Source: Macrostomum lignano (lineage: Eukaryota). From it: DNA of 64,000 bases. The notes beneath the pieces were generated by a model, which saw nothing but the letters and a program-made list of their open reading frames with translations, searched no databases and had not been told where the DNA came from. Numbering within the stretch: position 1 is the first letter of the stretch; each line of letters opens with the position of its first letter. The stretch spans positions 186,001 through 250,000 of the forward strand of contig NIVC01001315.1 in assembly GCA_002269645.1 (NCBI GenBank), read 5' to 3'. Position numbers and translations under genes: made by a program. Below are positions 22,488 through 32,633 of this stretch, in pieces.

Positions 22488-23770
22488 TAGGGACTTCAGT
22501 GAGTTATAAGAAGTGCGTGCCAATGGCAAAAAAGTAAGAAAAAAGTCCAATTTTTCAAGGGCGATTTTAAAGAAACTATAGAAGCCAGGATGAAAGTAAA
22601 ATATGCATTTAAAAGGTAAAAAGGAGCTCTTTCAAATGACACCAACTGCAAGTCTAGCTTTGTTATACTTTTTGCACTGTCTATTTTTAAAGTTGACCAT
22701 TTTTTAGGAGGAATATAAAATTGAAGCCAAAATGAATAAAAAAACAGTGGTTCAGAAAATGCTTTTTCTTAGCTGCAATGTGTTTCTTATAATGGAAACA
22801 AAGGTTTTATAGTGTAAAGGGATAATTTAGAAACATTTTTCTGGTGTTAAAAAAAATTTTTTTTTTCTTTTAATGCCCATATGGCTCTATGCAAAATTTC
22901 AAATCCAAAATTTTCCATGAAATCCTTTTCCTGCATTGTTTCTCTTTATATTTTTCATTACCTATTGACAATACAAGCACAGTAAAAAAAACCGCTTGCC
23001 AATAGCTATAGGCGCAAAAATTTTGTGGAGGTTTCTTTTTTTGATACGTTTACATGTAAAATACCCATTGAAACGTGTATTTCGTGTTTTTTGTGAGACT
23101 CTGCCTTCCGGCAAACTAGTTCTCTGTGTCATTTAACTAATTCTGCTATGCTGAACACGATAGGCAAAACCGTTTTTTAATAAACCCATGCGCAAAGCCT
23201 GTACAGCACATTACATTGCAGTTGGGGTGTCTGTCATGCATTAAAAATTTAGGGCAAGAAGTAGAATAGTATTATAGTAGGTAAAAACCTGAACAAAATG
23301 ACACTAGCCTTGTATAAATTAAGCAAGCAGAACAGATGCTATTGTATTTTTAAAATTGCAATCATTGCGTATCTGGTTAAAATAGTCAAAATTTCATACA
23401 CCCATCCTGTTTCAATTAGCTTAGCAACTTGGGCATATAAAATAATATTAAAATATATAATTCATACAATTAACACTAAAAAACTGAACAAAATGACACC
23501 AAGCACAGTCATTTTGGTTGGCTAGAAAATTAATTACAAGTGTTCAAAGACAAAAAGCCAACTTTTTGGCCAAAAATGATCACAAACCGTAATGTAAAAA
23601 TTCCATTGGCTAAAGGCACAAATCGGGGTTACTAAAATAGCTGTAGTTTCCTTATTACTCAACCAAATCACTAAAGTTTGGCCATTTTGGAAATGGGAAA
23701 GTAAGATCTATCTAGTGAAATAGCAGCCTATAACAATTTCTGAAATTTAATTTTCTCACTGAAGTGCCTA
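22488..23770. mobile_element. AT-rich non-autonomous DNA transposon (1283 bp), 16-bp TIR, 7-bp TSD
   Basis: TIR TAGGGACTTCAGTGAG / CTCACTGAAGTGCCTA (1 mismatch). CCTATAT at 22481-22487 and 23771-23777. Confidence 0.7.
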
Positions 23771-25237
23771 CCTATATATCATAAAAATGGCAAAATATAT
23801 ATGCCAACTTTAAAAGAGTTCATTAATGAATTTTTTATTTACATTTAACCTTCTAGAGCCTAGGAACTTTGCAGAGCATAAAACCTAAATTGCATGCCTA
23901 GCACAATAAATTGCCTAGGATAAGCAAAGTGATAGCCATCTATGAATGCAGTATAAGCATTAGTAATGAGTGCTAGTAAACTTGTCAACTTTTTTGTCAA
24001 CTGGCCTAGCTGTATAGTAAATTTGTCAATTGGTAAATTCATCAACTAGTAAATTCCTCAATACAGTACAGTATATACAGCTATCTCAGTGCACAGATAA
24101 AACAGATTAATAAAAACAATGAGCTGAGATGTGTCATTATAATGCTGGTTTTTAGGCACAGGACATGACAATTGTCAATTGTGACAATGCCTGCCTTTAC
24201 TGTTGCCAGATTGGCATTGTCAATTGCTGGGTCTTTGCTAGATTGACTGGATAAGAGACAGTAGCGCACTGCAGCACCTAGCAGTCTGCCATGTATATCA
24301 TAATCAAATATGAGATATAATAAAATAAAAAACAATGAAACCAAGAATCTTCCATTTCAATAACTAGCTAGGGGACTGCCATTAATTGTTCTAGGATCCC
24401 AATCCTAATCAATTTTAATAAATGTAATTTAAAAAAAAGTATTATTTAATCAACTTTTTATCCACTATTTATCCAATTACACACTATACAAACTCTGGTA
24501 AACTTGTCAACACAGTTGACAAATAAAAAGTTGATAAGTTTACCCAGATAAGGTAAAATTCCAAAGAACCTAGTATAATAGTGCAGGCCTATAAAAAATT
24601 CAAAGAAAAGCACACATATTTGATAGTGCAAATATACAGAAGCATTAAATCATTGATTAAAATGATATATGAATAAAATTGTCTATATATTGTTAGAAAG
24701 GGGTCATAGTAAAAAAGCAAATAGAAATGTTTGCAAAAAGTTTTTCTTGCAAATAAAATAACACCAATGCTATTATTATCTAAAAATTATAGAAACCTGA
24801 ATTAACATTCCTTATAGACATTGCAATTTTTTAATTATTGCTAAGTCATTAAAAAACGTTATTCTATATGTTATTTTATATTCTTATTAAACTGTGATAC
24901 TTTCTAAGTATCTTTAAAGCATATCTATAAAAATCTTATTTCTTTATTCATCTTTAGCTAGGCCTATTTTTTATACTTTTATTTATATTGTTTTTAGTTA
25001 TTATAGTTGAAGCTTACATTAAAAAAGATAAGTTGAGATTTTTAGTCCGTTTGTTTTTTATTGGCAATTTTAATTTTATTGTTTTTCCTATTTTTTAATT
25101 GCTATGCGAAATATTCTAGGCTTTAGTATGTATTATGAATATATAAAAATGCTATAATATGGACTTTTTAATTTTGGTTCAAATTACTGTCAAAATCAAA
25201 TCTTTGCTTATAATCCCACTTATTGATCTTCATTCAT

Positions 25238-25420
25238 GTAGGGAATTAATTCCCCAGACAGTCGCAATTGCTAACCAGCTGCAGCAGGAATTAATTCCCC
25301 GGACACTCGCAATCACTAACCAGCTGCAGCAGGGAATTAATTCCCCAGACACTCGCACTCGCTAACCAGCTGCAGCAGGGAATTAATTCCCCAGACACTC
25401 GCAATCGCTAACCAGCTGCA
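25238..25420 (+). repeat. Four ~46-bp tandem copies containing the palindrome GGGAATTAATTCCC, abutting the RPA43 ATG
   Basis: Unit AGGGAATTAATTCCCCAGACACTCGCAATCGCTAACCAGCTGCAGC; the last copy ends ...CAGCTGCA|ATG. Confidence 0.9.
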
Positions 25421-26077
25421 ATGCCGCCATCTCCCGCTAAGCCAAAGCGCAAGCGGCGCCGCTCAGCTGCCTCCACAACCGAGGAGGCTGACTGGCCCAG
25501 CAGCCTGGCAACTGAGATGGAGAAGCCGCCGGCAGCTGCGCCAGCTGACGTAGAAGAAAAAGACGAAGGCGGCGAATGCTTTGAGCGGGTTCGCCGGGAG
25601 CTGACGATCCCGCTGCATCCCTGGCAGCTGGGCGGCGACGCCGGCGCCCTGGTGGCCGAGCAGCTCCGCTGCCGCCTGCACCGCCACGTGCCCAGCCTGG
25701 GCGGCATCCTGCACAGCGTAGACTCGCTGCGCCTCCTGGCCAGCGCTGATGCCGGCCGGCGCCGTCTGGCCGCCCCGCTGGTGGCCTGCGGCCCCAGCCT
25801 GGTGCAGTGCCCGGTGCGCCTCCGCCTGCACTGCCGCCTGTTCCGGCCGCGGCCCGGCCTCAGCCTGGCCTGCACAGTCACCGCCGTGCTGCCCGAGCTG
25901 CTGTCCTGCGTCTGCCACGGCGTCTACCAGGTCACCGTGGCCGTGCCGCCCGCCACCCCGACGCTGGCGCCAGGCGATCGAGTGTTGGCCAGGGTGGTCC
26001 GGGTTCGAACCCACAGCCGGCTGCAGGTCAGCGTGGAGGCGGAGTTCGTGGCCATCCTGCCGGACCGGGTGGACTGA
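25421..26077 (+). CDS. POLR1F: DNA-directed RNA polymerase I subunit RPA43 (single exon, 218 aa)
   Basis: ELTIPLHPWQL...QLRCRLHRHVPSLGGIL...LFRPRPGLSLACTVTAVLPELLSCVCHGVYQVTV matches the RPA43/TWISTNB pattern (tip domain plus OB fold) as remembered. Confidence 0.8.
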   Translation: MPPSPAKPKRKRRRSAASTTEEADWPSSLATEMEKPPAAAPADVEEKDEGGECFERVRRELTIPLHPWQLGGDAGALVAEQLRCRLHRHVPSLGGILHSVDSLRLLASADAGRRRLAAPLVACGPSLVQCPVRLRLHCRLFRPRPGLSLACTVTAVLPELLSCVCHGVYQVTVAVPPATPTLAPGDRVLARVVRVRTHSRLQVSVEAEFVAILPDRVD

Positions 26078-26787
26078 CAGCCTGGAAAATCGCATTTTTG
26101 CATGCTTTGAACTGAACGTAAATGATAAATAAATAAAAGTACGCGCTGTTCTTTCAATCAAATATCGATGTATGTCTTTTTTAATTATCTACTGTCACTC
26201 CTACAGCTAGCTATGCTGCTACAGCGGGATCAACATTAACCCTTTAGCTTATCTTCATCGCTTTTACCCAGGATTCTGCTTTCTTCACGTTGGTGACTAC
26301 TACCCGATCGTGCAGAAAAATCAGATTGTTTTTTTGAGATAATTTTGCGAATCATTCAACTTCTGGTTCTTTCCCATTCGCTTCAATAATGTCCCGAATT
26401 CCCCCTGCGACTCCCACAATTCCCTCTGAAGCCGTTAAAACCGTTACCGGGACAAGAATCGCTAAATAGTCATTGCAAATCACTCACTGCTGGCCCTAGC
26501 GACTTTAGGGTGACTCTTGTGACTTTTTAACAACTCAAAGAGGGCTGTAATGCAATGGATTTGTAGAAGCTTATAAATAGTCCAAGAGTCCGTGTTGAGT
26601 GCCTAACTTTGTACTCACTCAAGTAGACTAAATAGAGCGGCTATAAATGCGAAATGCGCTTTAGACGCGACTCAGTAATTCTACAGCGACTCTGGCACGT
26701 CTCAGATTCGACTCAGAGTCGATTCGGCCCCTGCGGCGCCTCCCAGCTCAGAGTCGCAGACAATAAAACGACTCAAAATGACTCGAT

Positions 26788-27240
26788 TCCCCCAAACCCC
26801 TCTGAAGAATCTCCTGCATTCCCCTTGTGATTCCCCCAATTGCTCTTGAAGAATCTCCTGCATTCCCCTTGTGATTCCCCCAATTCCTCTTGAAGAATCT
26901 CCTGCATTCCCCTTGTGATTCCCCCAATTCCTCTTGAAGAATCTCCTGCATTCCCCTTGTGATTCCCCCAATTCCTCCTGAAGAATCTCCTGCATTCCCC
27001 TTGTGATTCCCCCAATTCCTCTTGAAGAATCTCCTGCATTCCCCTTGTGATTCCCCCAAACCCTTCTGAAGAATCTCCTGCATTCCCCTTGTGATTCCCC
27101 CAATTGCTCTTGAAGAATCTCCTGCATTCCCCTTGTGATTCCCCCAATTCCTCTTGAAGAATCTCCTGCATTCCCCTTGTGATTCCCCCAAATCCTCTTG
27201 AAGAATCTCCTGCATTCCCCTTGTGATTCCCTCAATTCCT
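26788..27240. repeat. Minisatellite, ~10 copies of a 44-bp unit CTCTTGAAGAATCTCCTGCATTCCCCTTGTGATTCCCCCAATTC
   Basis: Direct tandem copies upstream of NEMP. Confidence 0.95.
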
Positions 27241-27369
27241 GCTGAAAATGGTGCTAACACGGGAGTTTTATCAGTCTGCTTTAGCCGGCAGCCCTGCAGA
27301 TATTCCCTTTCTGTTATCCATTGTTCCTGCAATCCTCTGGCATTCCCTAGCAACAAAAGTTCATCCAGC

Positions 27370-30180
27370 ATGAATTGGCGGTGCCCGAATCCGCTGCTGC
27401 TGCTGCTGTCGCTGCTGCTTTTTCATCGCCTCGACGGCACTCTGGCGGCTCAGCGCGATAGGCCGCTGATCTTCCAGCTTGGCAGCCAGCCAATCACCAT
27501 CAGGCGCGATTCGGTCTCGCTGGCTGGCGATTGGACACAGCGGCTCTGCGTGTTCTGCTCGCCCGGCCTGCCCGCCCACCCGCGCTTCGCCTTCCACGGC
27601 GCCTCGATGCGCATCTCGCTGGCGTCGTCCAATTCGGCGGCGCCGCGCCTCTTCCTCGGGACGAACGAGAGCGATGTTACTGACCGGGTGCGGCAGGCCT
27701 CGGAGGCCTCGCTGTTCCACCGGCTGCTCCTGCCGGCCGCCTTCCGTGACGGATTTTTCTGGGAGCCGCTGATGGCCGCTCGGCGGGCTTTTCTCGGCCC
27801 GCTGGCGCTGCCGCTGCCGCTGCTGGAGCCGTCCTGCGCCGGCGTGCTGATCGAAGGCAAGGAGGAGCCGCCGAGGGCCATCGGTGCGTCCGCAGCAGGG
27901 CCTGCCGCCCATGGTGCTGGGGATCTTGGCTGCAGGGATGAACCTGGGAAATTGGTCCCCAATCTAGGTATATTGATCCCCAATCTAGGGATACTGATCC
28001 CCAATCTAGGAATATTGATCCCTAATCTAGGAATATTGATCCCCAATCTAGGGATATTGATTCCAATCTAGGGATATTGATCCCCAATCTAGAGATATTG
28101 ATCCCCAATCTAGGAATATTGATACCCAATCAAGGGATTTTGATCCCCAATCTAGGGATACTGGTCCCCAATCTAGGGATATTGATCCCCAATCTAGGGA
28201 TATTGATCCCCAATCCTTGGATATTGATCCCCAATCTAGGGATATTGATCCCCAATCTAGAGATACTGATCCCTAATCTAGGGATATTGATCCCCAATCT
28301 AGGGATTTCGATCTATACGACTATAAACAATAGATATGAATCACTAATCTTAGGATTATCGATACCAAATATATGGATTTTTCGCCTGAACTACCCGTAG
28401 AGATGTTACTCGTATTCCCTATTCGGGAATACTAATCCCAGTCAGGGGATATTCCTCAATCTCCCCAACCCGGCACCGCAGCAGAAGGCGACGCCGCCGT
28501 CTACACTGTGCGCGCCGTCGCCGGCCTCAGCCTCGCCCGCCTTGCCGCATTCGTCATCGGCTGCGGCCTGCTGGCCTGGGCGCCCGAACTCAGCCGCCGG
28601 GCCACCTTCCACTACGCTGGCGGCGCCATGGCCGGCGTCCTGCTGTCTGCGGCGCTCCTGGTGCTGCTGCTCAACCGCCTGCTGCCGCTGCGCCGCCTCT
28701 TTTGGCCGCTCTTCCTGGCCAGCGCTGCCGGCGCCGGCGCCATCTGGACTTTCGCCGCCGCGCACGCCGCCGAACTCGCTGAGCGGCACTGGACGACTCT
28801 GTCTGCCTACCTGGCCTGCTCTGCCGGCCTCTCCGTGGTCATCTGCTACTGGCTGGGGCCCGTCACCAGCCAGCGGACTTTCCGCCTGCTGGAGATCGCG
28901 CTGAGGGCCCTGGCGCTCCTCTGCATGCTGGCCTCCTGTCAGGTATGACCTCTGTCCGATTCCCACTACTGATCCCCTTCCACCTGCCTGATCCCATTCC
29001 ACCTGTCTGATCCCCTTCCACCTGCCTGATCCCCTTCCACCTGCCTGATCCCCTTCCACCTGCCTGATCCCCTTCCACCTGCCTGATCCCTTCCACCTGC
29101 CTGATCCCCTTCCACCTGCCTGATCCCCTTCCACCTGCTCGATTTCCGTTCTGACGCTTATCAGCTCCCCTACGCCCTCAGTTCTGGCAGGTATCAGGGG
29201 TGGCAGCGGTGGCAATCCTGCTGCGCGGCTTCTTGACATCCGCCGTGTCGGCCGTCGCGAAGGTCTCGATGTTACGCCTGCGCTGGGCGCTGTGGCAGCG
29301 CCTGGAGTCGGCCTTCTGGCGCTGCTGCCCCCGCTGGTTGCGACCGCTGCACCGGCGGCGCTGGCTGACCGAGGAAGACTTCAGCAGGCAGGGCCGCGAG
29401 TGCACTGAGGTGGCGCTGGAGCATCTGCGGCGGCACTGCGCCAGCCCCGACTGCGACGCCTGGCGGGTCAGCGCGCGCCTGCGGGACCCGGCCGGGTTCG
29501 CCCAGTTTGTGCAGGTGAGTGCTGTCACTGCTGTGCCAATGAGGCCTGTGCACCTCCTCACACATGGATACGGCAGGCAAGCAGTCACTTGAGTATAAAT
29601 ATGAAATCAATACTCGCAGAAAAGCTGTGGGCACCGCGGAGCTACGGTGAGACCGATCTGCGCATTCCGCTGACTCCTGAGCACATACAGGCACATTCCG
29701 CTGACTCCTGAGCACATACAGGCACATTCCGCTGACTCCTGAGCACATACAGGCACGCCAATACTGTACAGAGGCACGCACTCATACACACGACAGCCCC
29801 ACATAAATATAGCTGCGCACGGAATTGAACCAGGGGCCGTTGCGCAAGAGTCTGACGCAGTTACCGCTGCGGATGCTCTGCCAAGTATTGCGGAGCTCAC
29901 AGCTCAAACACCCGGCGCACTTCAGGGCGGCAGCCACCTGCAGTCGCTGCTGGACTCCACGGACCTGTCTTCGGACAGCGACAGTTCGACCGTGGCCCCC
30001 GCCGCCACCACCTCTTCGCCGGCTCCCAACGGATGGAAGGCCACGCCCGGTTCGACGCGCGCCCCCGCAGTGAACGGCAACGGATGTGCGCGAGGCGCCC
30101 GCATGGCGCCGTCCGCGACTCAGATTCGGCAGAGGCGGCCAGTTCTGGACGAGTCGGACGACGGCTCCCTCACTGACTGA
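27370..30180 (+). CDS. NEMP1: Nuclear envelope integral membrane protein (NEMP/TMEM194); exons 27370-27883, 28446-28942, 29182(or 29191)-29514, 29926-30180; ~532 aa
   Basis: Signal peptide; APELSRRATFHYAGG; VICYWLGPVTSQRTFRLL; RRWLTEEDFSRQGRECTEVALEHLRRHCASPDCDAWRVSARLRDPAGFAQFVQ|GGSHL. GT-AG sites with phases 1,0,0. The symbol indicates the family, not proven orthology. Confidence 0.88.
27955..28312. repeat. Minisatellite, ~17 copies of a 21-bp unit TGATCCCCAATCTAGGGATAT (NEMP intron 1)
   Basis: Direct tandem copies. Confidence 0.95.
28970..29140. repeat. Minisatellite, ~9 copies of a 19-bp unit TGATCCCCTTCCACCTGCC (NEMP intron 2)
   Basis: Direct tandem copies. Confidence 0.9.
29812..29882 (-). 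other. Possible tRNA-derived (SINE-like) fragment in NEMP intron 3
   Basis: Minus strand has a B-box GGTTCAATTCC at tRNA-like spacing from a weak A-box (CCGCAGCGGT). The cloverleaf does not close. Confidence 0.3.
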
Positions 30181-31004
30181 GCTGGGGTGTCCGGTGGCTC
30201 CCTCACTGACTGAGCTGGGGTGTCCAGTCCAGTGGCTCCCTCACTGACTGAGCTGGGGTGTCCGGTGGCTCCCTCACTGACTGAGCTGGGGTGTCCGGTG
30301 GCTCCCTCACTGACTGAGCTGGGGTGTCCGGTGGCTCCCTCACTGACTGAGCTGGGGTGTCCGGTGGCTCCCTCACTGACTGAGCTGGGGTGTCCAGTGG
30401 CTCCCTCACTGACTGAGCTGGGGTGTCCGGTGGCTCCCTCACTGACTGAGCTGGGGTGTCCGGTGGCTCCCTCACTGACTGAGCTGGGGTGTCCAGTGGC
30501 TCCCTCACTGACTGAGCTGGGGTGTCCGGTGGCTCCCTCACTGACTGAGCTGGGGTGTCCGGTGGCTCCCTCACTGACTGAGCTGGGGTGTCCGGTGGCT
30601 CCCTCACTGACTGAGCTGGGGTGTCCAGTCCAGTGGCTCCCTCACTGACTGAGCTGGGGTGTCCGGTGGCTCCCTCACTGACTGAGCTGGGGTGTCCGGT
30701 GGCTCCCTCACTGACTGAGCTGGGGTGTCCAGTCCAGTGGCTCCCTCACTGACTGAGCTGGGGTGTCCAGTGGCTCCCTCACTGACTGAGCTGGGGTGTC
30801 CGGTGGCTCCCTCACTGACTGAGCTGGGGTGTCCAGTGGCTCCCTCACTGACTGAGCTGGGGTGTCCGGTGGCTCCCTCACTGACTGAGCTGGGGTGTCC
30901 GGTGGCTCCCTCACTGACTGAGCTAGGGTGTCCAGTCCAGTGGCTCCCTCACTGACTGAGCTGGGATGTCCGGTGGCTCCCTCACTGACAGAGCTGGGAT
31001 GTCC
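30163..31004 (+). repeat. Minisatellite, ~25 copies of a 33-bp unit GGCTCCCTCACTGACTGAGCTGGGGTGTCCGGT containing the NEMP stop codon
   Basis: The first copy encodes GSLTD* (TGA at 30178-30180). Some copies carry a 5-nt CCAGT insertion. Confidence 0.95.
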
Positions 31005-31499
31005 TATTTCTATTTCGCAAATTTGCACATTTTCTCTTCCGCCCAGAATCCAGCAGTTTAGTGTTGTGGATTTGGCACTTGAGCGAAGTTGCTTGTATTC
31101 TAATCTCTTGTTTATTTTGGCAATTATCAATTTTCTATTACCGTAACTTTTGCATTCAGTCAGTATAGATGAGTGCTAATGTTCTGACTAATTTTGCATT
31201 TCTCTCATGTACAAATGATTTGATATTGGCCAGGGTCCCAGTGAGCCAGCTGTTTGGTTGTGACCTACATGTACTTGCATGGCTTTATTGAACGAACACA
31301 GTTGAAAGCACGGACTTCATCTTGCTTGATGTTTGATCGTTAAGGAGAAAATACAGCGGGCACAGTGCAATAGCCGTTCTATTTTTCTATTAATGTGCGT
31401 GGCTTATCAAATTTGCTGGTCTGCTACTCAAAACTGATGAAATTAATCACGAAAAAACGTTTCCCAACAAGATTGTCGTTGATTGTTGATTGTCGGGTC

Positions 31500-31755
31500 A
31501 TCATCTTGTGGCGACATCCAGGGGTGACATCCTGGGGCCGCCATTTTGGGGTGACATCCTGGGGTAACATCCTGGGGTAGTACATCTTGGGGTGACATCC
31601 CGGGGTAACATCCTGGGGTAGTGATATCCCGGGGTAACATCCTGGGGTGACATCCTGGGGTGACGGCATCCTGGATTGGCATTCTATCGGGACATCTTTC
31701 GGGTGAAATCTTGGCGTGACATCCTGGGGTAGTACATCTTGGGGTGACATCTTAG
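31500..31755. repeat. Degenerate tandem repeat of ~14-bp GGGTGACATCCTGG
   Basis: Repeated GGGGTGACATCC/GGGGTAACATCC motifs. Confidence 0.8.
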
Positions 31756-32633
31756 AGTGACATCGTAAGACACACTATCGTAGGGTCGCTAGCAGCTTAT
31801 TGGGGAACTGCTAAGATTGCGACCAAAGGAGCTGAACCTGCTGTGCAGGGATTGCCAGGGGCTGGCGCGACAGTTTTTGCCCCCCTGGCTACACCTAGCG
31901 TGGTAACTGCGGAGGTTCCAGAGTAAAAAATGTGATGCTGGGGATGCATGTAAAACTGTAAAAGCCACTAGAATAAACACGCACGCTGACTAGCCTCACA
32001 ACACTTAAAGCTTTGCTCAAGAAGAGCGATGCGCTTTGTAAAAGCAGTGGCAGCAACGCAGAACTGTTTTTGCATTTTATCAGTTATGCTGAAAACTGGA
32101 GTCAGCCGGTGCGATATGCCACAGAATGGGAGAGAAAGGGCGATAAAACAGCTGTAAAATAAAATAATATATTAAAAACTTTCTATCGAGTCTACTGCTC
32201 TGAGTTAGGCAGTAGTATGGTCAGCATTCGCATTGCCAGAATTAAAAAATAATGCAATAACAAATCTAAAAAGACAAAAAATCTCTAAACTTGTGTACGC
32301 GGTTAAAAATGTGTGCGGGAGTGGCGATACAGTAAATAATAAAGCACAAAAATCAAAGCAGGGTGAAACTCCAATAACAGTTTGAATATGGGAAAATGGT
32401 TTGTATCGACAGGATGGGCGAAGCCAAAACAGAATTGGATTCGCTGCCCACTTGATCAGATAAAGATTTATGAACGAGGTTACAGCAAATTGTTTAAGCA
32501 ATAGGACTAGATAATTGTGTATAGTAGCCATCAGCTCAATATCACAGCTCAATCAACCGCTATCCCAGCTGTATCAACCGCTATCCAAACTCAATCAACC
32601 GCTATCCCAGCTCGATTGAGATCAGATGTGCCG

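Noticed and set aside
29812-29882. Functional tRNA gene
   Set aside because: A B-box is present but the acceptor and anticodon stems do not pair; kept only as a low-confidence SINE-like fragment.
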